Source of the DNA: Candidatus Pacebacteria bacterium CG10_big_fil_rev_8_21_14_0_10_44_54 | GTDB lineage: Bacteria > Patescibacteriota > Microgenomatia > UBA1400 > PJMF01 | Assembly (NCBI GenBank): GCA_002772695.1 | Contig: PFDI01000021.1 | Location: forward strand, 11,495-59,597 | DNA length: 48,103 bases | Reading direction: 5' to 3' | Part shown: piece by piece, positions 19,848 through 28,187 of the stretch | How positions within the stretch are numbered: position 1 is the stretch's first letter | Layout: every line of letters begins with the position of its first letter | Notes under the pieces: generated by a model | Databases searched by the model: none | Seen by the model: the letters and a program-made list of their open reading frames with translations, nothing else | Told to the model about the DNA's origin: nothing | Program-made: the position numbers and the translations under genes

Positions 19848-20322
19848 ACGTGTTTTTTTAGCATTAGGCTCCAATGTGGGCGATCGATTACAAAATCTGG
19901 TCAAGGCTCTACAGTACCTCAAGAAAAAAGTGGCGATCACACAGTGCTCATCGGTGTACACCTCCCAGCCGATGTATATACTCAAGCAGCCAGAGTTTTA
20001 CAACATGGCGATTGAGGTTGTAACAGAACTTTCACCAGAGGAGTTACTCCATTTTTGTAAAGAAATAGAACAAACAGTTGGTAGGGTACAGCGGCAGCGA
20101 AATGGTCCGCGCGAAATTGATGTCGATATTTTGTTTTATGGCAATCGAGAAGTCTCACAGCCAAATTTACAAATACCGCACCCGCGCATTGCTGAGCGCC
20201 CATTTGTAGTCGTACCGTTGGTAGAAATTGCGCCAGAATACCAGCACTTAGTCGAGGATTTGGGTGAATTTGAACCGTTGATAAAAAGTGTGTCAGCGGG
20301 GAAGTTGCAAACGCTTTTATAG
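19837..20322 (+). CDS. folK: HPPK (6-hydroxymethyl-7,8-dihydropterin pyrophosphokinase)
   Basis: ALGSNVGDR, GPREIDVDIL and IPHPR..ERPFV. Confidence 0.96.
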   Translation: MSNERVFLALGSNVGDRLQNLVKALQYLKKKVAITQCSSVYTSQPMYILKQPEFYNMAIEVVTELSPEELLHFCKEIEQTVGRVQRQRNGPREIDVDILFYGNREVSQPNLQIPHPRIAERPFVVVPLVEIAPEYQHLVEDLGEFEPLIKSVSAGKLQTLL

Positions 20323-20342
20323 CGTACGTTATACTGCTTTAT

Positions 20343-21224
20343 ATGAAAATGAGAAACGTAGGCGCCCACGTCTCAGCCGCAGGTGGCATTGATAAAGCAG
20401 TAGAACGTGTGGCTGCGATCGGTGGCAATTGTGTCCAATTGTTTTCGGGTAGTCCGCGGGTGTGGGCCAAGCCTGGTTTGGACCGGTATTCTATGGATAG
20501 ATTTGTCTCAAATTTGCAAAAATACAGCATAGCACCAGTCTTTACACATGCCCTCTATTTGGTCAATTTGGCTTCCGATAAGCCTGACAATATTCGCAAA
20601 TCCTTCGACTCGCTCAAATACGAACTGGAGTTTGACAGCTTGGTCAAAGGTTCGGGTGTGGTAGTACATCTTGGTAGTCATCAGGGTCGAGGTTGGGAGG
20701 CGGGCAAAGAACAACTAGCAAAACACATTGATGCGTTGCTAAAAGTTACACCAGACGATTCAACTTTTTTGATCGAAAACTCGGCAGGCCAAAAGGGGAA
20801 AATTGCAAGCGATTTGCATGAGATCCGCTGGTTACTCGACCAGGCAGAAAAAACGAACAAGTGGGTGAGCACGGGTAGGCTTGGCTGGTGCTTTGACACC
20901 TGTCATGGGCATGCTGCAGGGTATCGACTGGGTGATCCTGCCAAGATGCCTGCAAGCGAAAAAACTGCCTACGCCAGTATTACAGAACTTGAGCTCTGGT
21001 CGACGTTGCGTGTAGTACATGTCAACGACAGCCGTGATCCATTCGACAGCGGGCGTGATAGGCACGCCAACATTGGTGAGGGCAATATCCCGCAAGAAGA
21101 TGTGCGATTTTTTATCAACACGCCAGAAGTGCAAAAGTTGCCGCTGATTCTTGAGGCGCCGGGGTTTGATGGCAAGGGGCCGGATGCGGAGAATATTAAG
21201 CGGATTGGGAAGTTGATTAGCTAG
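20343..21224 (+). CDS. nfo: Endonuclease IV
   Basis: GAHVS, HALYLVNL, IEN, DTCH, HVNDS and DRHANIG. Confidence 0.95.
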   Translation: MKMRNVGAHVSAAGGIDKAVERVAAIGGNCVQLFSGSPRVWAKPGLDRYSMDRFVSNLQKYSIAPVFTHALYLVNLASDKPDNIRKSFDSLKYELEFDSLVKGSGVVVHLGSHQGRGWEAGKEQLAKHIDALLKVTPDDSTFLIENSAGQKGKIASDLHEIRWLLDQAEKTNKWVSTGRLGWCFDTCHGHAAGYRLGDPAKMPASEKTAYASITELELWSTLRVVHVNDSRDPFDSGRDRHANIGEGNIPQEDVRFFINTPEVQKLPLILEAPGFDGKGPDAENIKRIGKLIS

Positions 21225-21919
21225 TTGTTCGCTCCAATTGGTTGCACGATTGGAGTTTGTTCACTAGGTTGTCTTCCACTCACAAATGGGAGCCATTCGT
21301 AATACCAAACATCTGGATCTGGAGTAAATTTCACATCCGGCGTTGCCGTCGCAGTAGCTGTTGGGCTTGGGGTGTTTGTTGGCGTACTCGTCGGAGTTGG
21401 TGTGTTGAGTTCAAGCAGGTAGCCGTATCCTTGTGCAACCATTAAAATCTCCAATGCCCTGAGCGGATTGAAGTAGCGACTATCGGTGCTTGTGCCTTCA
21501 ACGCTTCGTCCAGAACTCCAGAGCACTGTGAGTATATCCTCTGGGGACAACTCAGGAAAAACCTTAAGTAGCTGCGCCATTATTCCAGCAACACCAGGAG
21601 AAGCCTGGGATGTGCCAGTGAGAGAGCCATATGAATCTTCACGTATTGTAGAGGGAATACTAAACCCGTTCCAAGTCACTTCGCCGCCACCAAGTGAGTA
21701 TCTGTAACCTTGCTTGTTCATACTTGGATACACCGTTTGATTTTCTCCATCCCAGGCAATAAACCCCCCATTTACGCCTTTGACATAACCACTTGCCGCT
21801 GGCCAGATTTGCTGCTCGGGATCTAATGAGCTTGTCAGGTTGCCAGCGAGCGCAAGTATTCTGATAGCGATACTAGTTCTCGAGTTTTCATGAAACGCTA
21901 TTTTACTCCTTGCAGACAT
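21221..21919 (-). pseudogene. C-terminal half of an S8 subtilisin-like protease with Thr/Pro linker
   Basis: AGN oxyanion and GTSQASP catalytic Ser motifs are present; Asp and His motifs are absent. Confidence 0.7.
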
Positions 21920-21946
21920 ACCCTTACTCAGTGGTATATTCAACCT

Positions 21947-22047
21947 TGCTGTGGAACACGGTGAAAGTCCGTGACTGTGCCGCAACGGTGTTTGGGAATT
22001 GTCCCATGAGTCCGATCTTCAGCACACTACATACTGACGCGCATCGG
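21947..22047 (+). ncRNA. Cobalamin (B12) riboswitch, compact form
   Basis: P3 TGCTG/CAGCA, GGAA, T-loop hairpin CACGG-TGAAAGT-CCGTG, ACTGTGCCGCAACGG, GAGTCCGA, and downstream hairpin CTGA-CGCGCA-TCGG complementary to TGCCGC (kissing loop); TGGTATATT extended -10 upstream. Confidence 0.9.
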
Positions 22048-22061
22048 GAAGTTTGCTTTTT

Positions 22062-22084
22062 GCTCCCGTCTTTGGGAGTTTTTT
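22062..22084 (+). terminator. Intrinsic terminator (riboswitch expression platform)
   Basis: GCTCCC-GTCTTT-GGGAGT followed by a T-tract. Confidence 0.75.
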
Positions 22085-22160
22085 GTTCAACCAAGTAGTG
22101 TGAAGCCTCCACAGCGGTAGTAGGTGCAATCTGTTTGCATGGCAAACAGGAAGGAGGAGT

Positions 22161-22883
22161 ATGAGACGCGTTTCCGCTATGGAAAGATACGTTAAGTGGT
22201 ATGGGGAAAAGCCAGAGACACCAGGTGAGCATGATTTAGTCTCACTTGCAAGATTTGTACCAGGCTTGTTAGCAGAGTTACGTTTATTTGGCGAATCTAG
22301 TGGGCGACAATTGCAAGAATTGTTTGCGGTGGTCAGCTTGGGAGCAATCGAGCTGTTTGCGGCTGTCAGAGAACAAGATGCAGCTCAGAGATTGCGCGCG
22401 CTTTTTGGTGAACCACACCCAGATCTAGAAACTGCTGTTCCAGTTGCAGTTCAATTACATTCTGACGAAGCAGTTGCGGTTGACATCGCGAGAGAGCAAC
22501 AATTTAGTGTAGAGCAGTTTGTCGAAAAATTTATGCAGGCTGCAGTACAGGAATTTCTTCGATTGCAGGCTGGTTTAGTGGCCATAGAAGCGAGGATAGA
22601 AGCCAAAAAACAAGCTGTTAAACAAACAAACACCATGCAACTTCATGTAGAAGCTCAAGCAGACAAGGGTGCATTTATTAATTTTACTGATAAAAGACTG
22701 CAAGAACTGCTTCAAAAAAAGAGAGAATTAGAAGTTCAAATTGCTGTGCTTTCTCGAGCATTTTCTCAGATAGCAGGTCCGCTGTTACATACTGCCCAAG
22801 AGCTGTCTAGACAGTTGTTTGTTTCAAAGCTTGATGCTAGTCAAGCCATTCCAGTAGGTCCAATCGATGTCCAACCAGATTAG
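22161..22883 (+). CDS. Hypothetical alpha-helical/coiled-coil protein
   Basis: 240-aa ORF with a strong AGGAGG SD; no recognisable family. Confidence 0.7.
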   Translation: MRRVSAMERYVKWYGEKPETPGEHDLVSLARFVPGLLAELRLFGESSGRQLQELFAVVSLGAIELFAAVREQDAAQRLRALFGEPHPDLETAVPVAVQLHSDEAVAVDIAREQQFSVEQFVEKFMQAAVQEFLRLQAGLVAIEARIEAKKQAVKQTNTMQLHVEAQADKGAFINFTDKRLQELLQKKRELEVQIAVLSRAFSQIAGPLLHTAQELSRQLFVSKLDASQAIPVGPIDVQPD

Positions 22884-22933
22884 CTACTACTTGTAACCTT
22901 ACATCTGGTACGTCATTATTGAGTTATATATTT

Positions 22934-24973
22934 ATGTCAGCACGACTAAGAAGATATCCCGTCAAGCATAAAAGATCTATTCCTTTAGTTCCTGCGCTTT
23001 CCATTTTGTTGATTGGCGGTGGTCTTATCGCTGCCATGTTGATTTCCAAAGGCGGTTTCGATTTTCGCCGACAAGCATCTGAAAATTCTGGGGAGGTGTT
23101 GCGCGATCAGTTTGGGATAGGCTCAAGTTGTGGTATAGCGGCAGAGATGGGAATTCCTTGGATGTATGCGTGGGGTCATGGGAGTAAATACCCAAACTCA
23201 GCCGAGGTAGATTGTAACCGGTCTAAGGGTTTGTCGTTCTTTTTTACCATTGGCAAAACAGACAACGCAGAAAAGTATCCCGACTTAGGGCAATGGGAGG
23301 CCAAGTGGATTTTGCCTGAGGAAGAAGCAGCGTACGAGGCATATAAGAATTTGCTTGCGCAAAGCACGAAGCCAGAGTATTACCCCAATGCAATCGCAAG
23401 CTACGTTTTGATTCCGATGTATATAACCGAGCTTGGCTACAAGGGCGCGTATTATGCTGTTGCCAATGAGCCAGATTTTGAGCCTCTATTCCGTCCCGAA
23501 TTGTATGCTGACTTTTATAAATTGATCCATGATCGTATCAAAAAGTATGATAATACTGCGAAGGTAAGCGTTGGGGGTTTGCTCGAAGTTGCCCCTGAGT
23601 CTTGTAGCAGGCCGCAATCAATTGGGGTGGCCTGCGGACCAGAAGGAGATGCCCGCTTCGCCTGGCTTACTGCAGTACGAGATAATTATCAGGCAAAGCA
23701 TGGCACATCACTTCCTGTTGATTTTTGGAATATTCATCCCTATGTATATGCATATAACTTCTCTGCAGCTGAGACACTCGATAGAGTGGACCAATTTAAG
23801 GCATATCTCGATCGTATTGGTGAGGGAAACAAGAAGATTTGGATTACAGAGTATGCCGTACTCGAACGTGAGGGAGCATTGATCGGCAAACCATGCTCGC
23901 CAAATAGAAAATTGCCTGATGGATCGGTAGAGTATTGTCTTCCTTTAGAAGACAGAATGCGTGAGCAAGCGCTTATGGCAGATTTTGTTGAGGAAGTGAC
24001 GAGGGGATTTATGGCGCGCGACTATGTTGAGCGTTGGTTTTATTTTTATGGCGGAGAAAGTTGGAGCTGGTCACAAAGCAAGACAAACTACGTAGGGGAT
24101 ATTTACAAAGTGCGAGAGACTGGAGAGTACAACGAGATTGGCAAGCGATATATGCAGTTGATACGGGGAGAAGTTTCACAACCTCGTTCTCCAGCAATCT
24201 GTGACCAACCGTGTACCGACACATTTCAATGTACAGATGTAGCTAAAGGTGGTAATCCTGAATATACCTGTTATCGACCAAATGCAGGCAATGGTGAAAA
24301 CAATTGGTCGAGTCAGTGGATAGATATATCAGAAGTCGACACAGTGCCTGTAGAGGGAAGAGTTACGAGCTTTATGAGTTTGACTCAGCCAGATGGTAGC
24401 ACCAAACAATACCTGACAAAAGGCGGCGAGTTGTATGTGAGGACCTCTGACAGTAATGGACAAAATTGGTCTGGATTAATTGGTCCAAACAAGGCTATGG
24501 AAGGTGTTGGGAGTGGACCCATTACTGGATTTTCTGCGGCAATACTTCGCGACGGTCGCATTCGACAGCACGCAGTGAAAGGTGGTGCAATTTGGTCAAG
24601 ATTTTCACCCGATAACCAAGACTGGTCTACATGGGAAGATCACACCATCAATGTTCAATCTGTGGGGTCGGGAGAAATTACGAGTTTTTCGGTTTTTATC
24701 CAACCAGATGGTGTTCTAAAACAATACTATATTCGTGGTGGTGAGCTTTGGGTAAGAACGCAATCTCCTCAGGGAGACTGGGGTGAGTGGACAGGTTCAA
24801 ACGCTGATTTTGATACTGTTGGCTCTGGAGACTTCACAAGTTTTTCGGGATTATCCCAAAGGGATGGTTCTATAAAACAATTTGGTGTGCGAGGTGGCAA
24901 GATCTATGTTCGTGACAATGCAGGAGGTATTTGTCGTCCTGCGCAAAATCCGACTGTTGCCTGTACTCAATAA
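22934..24973 (+). CDS. Membrane-anchored clan GH-A glycoside hydrolase with C-terminal repeat (lectin-like) domain
   Basis: N-terminal TM helix; ANEPD acid/base, NIHPY and IWITEY nucleophile motifs; four ~52-aa repeats. Confidence 0.8.
   Translation: MSARLRRYPVKHKRSIPLVPALSILLIGGGLIAAMLISKGGFDFRRQASENSGEVLRDQFGIGSSCGIAAEMGIPWMYAWGHGSKYPNSAEVDCNRSKGLSFFFTIGKTDNAEKYPDLGQWEAKWILPEEEAAYEAYKNLLAQSTKPEYYPNAIASYVLIPMYITELGYKGAYYAVANEPDFEPLFRPELYADFYKLIHDRIKKYDNTAKVSVGGLLEVAPESCSRPQSIGVACGPEGDARFAWLTAVRDNYQAKHGTSLPVDFWNIHPYVYAYNFSAAETLDRVDQFKAYLDRIGEGNKKIWITEYAVLEREGALIGKPCSPNRKLPDGSVEYCLPLEDRMREQALMADFVEEVTRGFMARDYVERWFYFYGGESWSWSQSKTNYVGDIYKVRETGEYNEIGKRYMQLIRGEVSQPRSPAICDQPCTDTFQCTDVAKGGNPEYTCYRPNAGNGENNWSSQWIDISEVDTVPVEGRVTSFMSLTQPDGSTKQYLTKGGELYVRTSDSNGQNWSGLIGPNKAMEGVGSGPITGFSAAILRDGRIRQHAVKGGAIWSRFSPDNQDWSTWEDHTINVQSVGSGEITSFSVFIQPDGVLKQYYIRGGELWVRTQSPQGDWGEWTGSNADFDTVGSGDFTSFSGLSQRDGSIKQFGVRGGKIYVRDNAGGICRPAQNPTVACTQ
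24305..24920 (+). repeat. Four ~52-aa tandem protein repeats
   Basis: Repeating W...G.G..T.FS...Q.DG..KQ...RGG.LW/YVR unit. Confidence 0.85.
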
Positions 24974-25008
24974 TGCTTGTGTAGTTTCCTGCTACAATAG
25001 TCCCTCCT

Positions 25009-25422
25009 ATGAAACAAAAACTACCTATTATCGTTGCAGTTGTGGTTGGTGTAATCGGTGTTGGTGTTTTTTTCACCCAATTTAGTAACAAGACCAAAAA
25101 CAGCGTTTTGCCAGAGAAAACAATGGACGCAACTGCTGCACCATCCGCGAGCCCAGCCATAGCGTCCCTCTCTTTTGAAGCAATTGTTGATGACCAAACT
25201 GCTCTTGACTTGCTCAAGGACTCCGCTCAGGTGGAGTATGAGGAGTTTGACTTTGGCGTGATGGTGACAGGGATAAATGGTGTCGTTGTAGACGAGAAAC
25301 ACTATTGGGCGCTATACGTAAATGATGAGTACGCTACAGCTGGAGCAAGCGAAACTATTCTCAAAACAGGTGATACTATGAAGTGGGTCTATGAAGAAAT
25401 TTCTCAAACACCACTGGAGTAA
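25009..25422 (+). CDS. DUF4430 / transcobalamin C-terminal-like protein, membrane anchored
   Basis: FGVMVTGING, YWALYVN..YA..GA and L..GD..KW pattern. Confidence 0.82.
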   Translation: MKQKLPIIVAVVVGVIGVGVFFTQFSNKTKNSVLPEKTMDATAAPSASPAIASLSFEAIVDDQTALDLLKDSAQVEYEEFDFGVMVTGINGVVVDEKHYWALYVNDEYATAGASETILKTGDTMKWVYEEISQTPLE

Positions 25423-25900
25423 TCATGCAATTTCGGCAATCGTAGCCGCAGTAGTTTTTGCCACCCGCGGTGGGATGTTACCTCCAAACGTTAGCCCACT
25501 CGGCGCATCTGGCTTTTCAACCAAAAACTTTTACTGGTTTTTTGCCGGAATTTTGGCATTCGACTTGTTTCGGGGCGGCACTTATCCGGGCGTTTTATTG
25601 ACCTATACAGGATTTGCCATGTATCCTTTGCTTGGCCGTTTGGCTGGCAAATCACTGCACAAGCAAGTCATATTCTTGCCACTTGCGTCGCTGTTATTTT
25701 TTCTACTTTCAAACTTGGGGGTTTGGTGGTTTTGGTATCCGCGCACACTCGATGCCCTTATGCTTTGTTACGCCTTGGCACTACCTTTTTATCGCAATAC
25801 TTTTCTTTCTGATCTTGGCTTTTTTGCGACTGTCGTCTCGGTTCGACGAGTTTGGTCGATTTTGCATAAAAGAACCAGTAGAGGATTGGCCGTTGTATGA
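25391..25900 (+). CDS. DUF6580-type small membrane transporter (ECF S-component-like)
   Basis: PPNVSPLGA, FFLLSNLGVW and CYALALPFYRNT..SDL; multiple TM helices. Confidence 0.72.
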   Translation: MKKFLKHHWSNHAISAIVAAVVFATRGGMLPPNVSPLGASGFSTKNFYWFFAGILAFDLFRGGTYPGVLLTYTGFAMYPLLGRLAGKSLHKQVIFLPLASLLFFLLSNLGVWWFWYPRTLDALMLCYALALPFYRNTFLSDLGFFATVVSVRRVWSILHKRTSRGLAVV

Positions 25901-26784
25901 CATCAATTTTTGATGGTTTTAAGGCAGCGCGGGCAAAAGAAATTTTGCTTGAACAGCAGATTGTAGCTGCAAATTTGTTGCAACCCATCACTCTCCAGGC
26001 GATTGTATTTACCGAAGACGAGGGGAGTATGTTGTATACACGCCTCAAGGCTGAGGCAGCGGAGCGAGTTGGTGTAGCATATCGCAAGAAAGAATTTTCT
26101 TTGTCTGATCCTATCGAAGAGGTCCAAGCGGCTATTGCGGCTGCCAACCAAGACTCTCACATCACTGGTTTGATTATCCAGAAACCAAGTCGTGCGGTTT
26201 ACGAGACAAATGCTGCCGCATCGTACAGTCAATGGTGGTTGTCACTGGTTACCCAAATTGCTGTAACAAAAGATGTTGACGGATTGCACCCCGAGACGCT
26301 AAAGTCGGGAACAATTTTACCTGCAACCTGCCGGGCAGTATTGGCGATTATGACAGAAGCACTGGGTGGCTCGCCAGACAACTTGCAACACCAAGGCAAA
26401 AAAATTGCTATTGTTGGTAGGTCGGATCTACTTGGCAGGCCATTGACGCAGCAGCTAGAGCGTCAAGGTGCGGATGTCGAATTGCTCGGCAAGAAAGAGT
26501 TGCGAGCGCGCCAATTATCTGGAGCGAAACTGTTTGATTCTGATGTTGTTGTATCAGCCACGGGCGTGGCAAATCTCATTACACCGGATATGGTGAGCGA
26601 TGGCGTTATCGCGATTGATGTTGGTGAACCAAACCCCGATATTTCTCGAGCAGTAGCAGCTAAAGCAAGTTTTTTTACCCCAGTTCCTGGTGGGGTAGGG
26701 CCAATGACGGTAGTGTCGCTACTAGAGAACGGACTTCAGATCCAAGCGGAGTTGCTTCGCAAGCAAATTGATTATTTGAGATAA
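25897..26784 (+). CDS. folD: Methylenetetrahydrofolate dehydrogenase/cyclohydrolase (divergent)
   Basis: Y...K, KDVDGL, VGRS.LLG.P and TPVPGGVGPMT. Confidence 0.92.
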   Translation: MTSIFDGFKAARAKEILLEQQIVAANLLQPITLQAIVFTEDEGSMLYTRLKAEAAERVGVAYRKKEFSLSDPIEEVQAAIAAANQDSHITGLIIQKPSRAVYETNAAASYSQWWLSLVTQIAVTKDVDGLHPETLKSGTILPATCRAVLAIMTEALGGSPDNLQHQGKKIAIVGRSDLLGRPLTQQLERQGADVELLGKKELRARQLSGAKLFDSDVVVSATGVANLITPDMVSDGVIAIDVGEPNPDISRAVAAKASFFTPVPGGVGPMTVVSLLENGLQIQAELLRKQIDYLR

Positions 26785-26821
26785 TCTAGTCTCTTTTTAC
26801 TAGCGTATACTACCCATAGCA

Positions 26822-28174
26822 ATGTCGGATACTTCAGTGCTAAACGCACTCTCACCACTCGATGGTCGCTATGCAGCATCTACGCGAGATCTTTCGGAGT
26901 ACTTTTCGGAATATGCACTTATCCGCTATCGAGTACAAGCAGAGATTGAGTACTTTATTGCGTTTTGTACAACTACCAAACTTGCCTTGTTCTCGACCGA
27001 ACAAACTACAAAACTTCGCAGTATTTTCACCAAATTCTCGCTTGCTGATGCTGAGTTGGTAAAAGCGTACGAAGCCAAGTGCCACCACGACGTCAAAGCA
27101 GTCGAGTACTTTTTGCGTGACGCGCTTGCCAATCTTGACTTAGCCAACTTTATACCGTATCTCCATTTTGGTCTCACCAGCGAAGACACCAACTCAATTG
27201 CATATGGTCTAGCACTCAAGGGGAGTAGGGATCAAGTTGTGGTGCCAGCACTGAAAAAATCTGCGGCAGTCCTGGCTAAGTTTGCCAAGAAAAACGCAGC
27301 CATTCCAATACTTGCCCGCACCCACGGCCAAGCTGCAATACCAACCACATTTGGCAAAGAATACGCGGTGTTTCTCACCAGACTCTCTCCAGAATTAGAG
27401 TCACTCACAGACCTATCATTTGTCGCCAAAGTCTCTGGAGCAGTCGGCACGTATGCAGCACACGATCTGGTTTTTCCAGAAATAAATTGGCTAGGGTTTG
27501 CTCAGAAATTTTTGCAAGAGCTTGGTTTGCAGGCTGATGCACTCAGTACACAAGTCGTTTCGCCAGAAAGCTATATTCGCTACTTTCAAACACTCTCGCG
27601 GATCAATAATATTTTGCTGGATTGCTGCCGAGATACTTGGCAATACATCTCAGACGGCTGGATGGTACAGGCGGTAGCACAAGCCGATGTTGGTTCGTCA
27701 ACAATGCCGCAAAAAGTCAATCCGATTGATTTTGAGAATGCAGAAGGCAATTTTGGTTTGGCCAATGCACTTCTGACACATTTTTGCCAAAAACTACCTA
27801 TTTCTCGTCTCCAGCGAGATTTGTCCGACAGCACAGTCAAGCGTTCGATCGGTGTAGCACTCGGCTACGCAGCACTTGGTTACACTTCGTTTGTTCGTGG
27901 TTTTGACAAAATCTCCGTCAATACACCAAAGACAGAGCAGGCGCTTATGGCATATCCAGAGACTATCACAGAAGGCTTGCAGACACTTTTGCGCGCAGAT
28001 GGTGTGTCAGATGCTTATGAAATTCTTAAAAAAGCTGCTCGAGGCAAGCAAAACGTCACATTGGAAGAACTGCGACAAGTTGCGCTCAAACACGCCAAAA
28101 CAACTGCTACCAAACAAAAAATTGCCAAGCTGTCCCCCACGTCATATACTGGTCTTGCAGCCCAAAGTAGCTAA
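26822..28174 (+). CDS. purB: Adenylosuccinate lyase
   Basis: ALSPLDGRY, HDVKAVEYF, ARTHGQ and GSSTMPQKVNPIDFEN. Confidence 0.96.
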   Translation: MSDTSVLNALSPLDGRYAASTRDLSEYFSEYALIRYRVQAEIEYFIAFCTTTKLALFSTEQTTKLRSIFTKFSLADAELVKAYEAKCHHDVKAVEYFLRDALANLDLANFIPYLHFGLTSEDTNSIAYGLALKGSRDQVVVPALKKSAAVLAKFAKKNAAIPILARTHGQAAIPTTFGKEYAVFLTRLSPELESLTDLSFVAKVSGAVGTYAAHDLVFPEINWLGFAQKFLQELGLQADALSTQVVSPESYIRYFQTLSRINNILLDCCRDTWQYISDGWMVQAVAQADVGSSTMPQKVNPIDFENAEGNFGLANALLTHFCQKLPISRLQRDLSDSTVKRSIGVALGYAALGYTSFVRGFDKISVNTPKTEQALMAYPETITEGLQTLLRADGVSDAYEILKKAARGKQNVTLEELRQVALKHAKTTATKQKIAKLSPTSYTGLAAQSS

Positions 28175-28187
28175 CAGAAAGGATCGT

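Noticed and set aside
21924-22232. Minus-strand ORF as the missing N-terminal half of the subtilase
   Set aside because: No DTG/HGT motifs; it is the antisense of the riboswitch
24305-24920. CRISPR array or DNA tandem repeat
   Set aside because: Repeats are degenerate at DNA level and conserved only as in-frame protein repeats; no cas genes
27876-28187. N-terminal extension of purA (likewise ORF-track extensions of ctpA, dnaB, lspA, folK and the LytR protein)
   Set aside because: They overlap upstream genes; downstream starts fit the family N-termini
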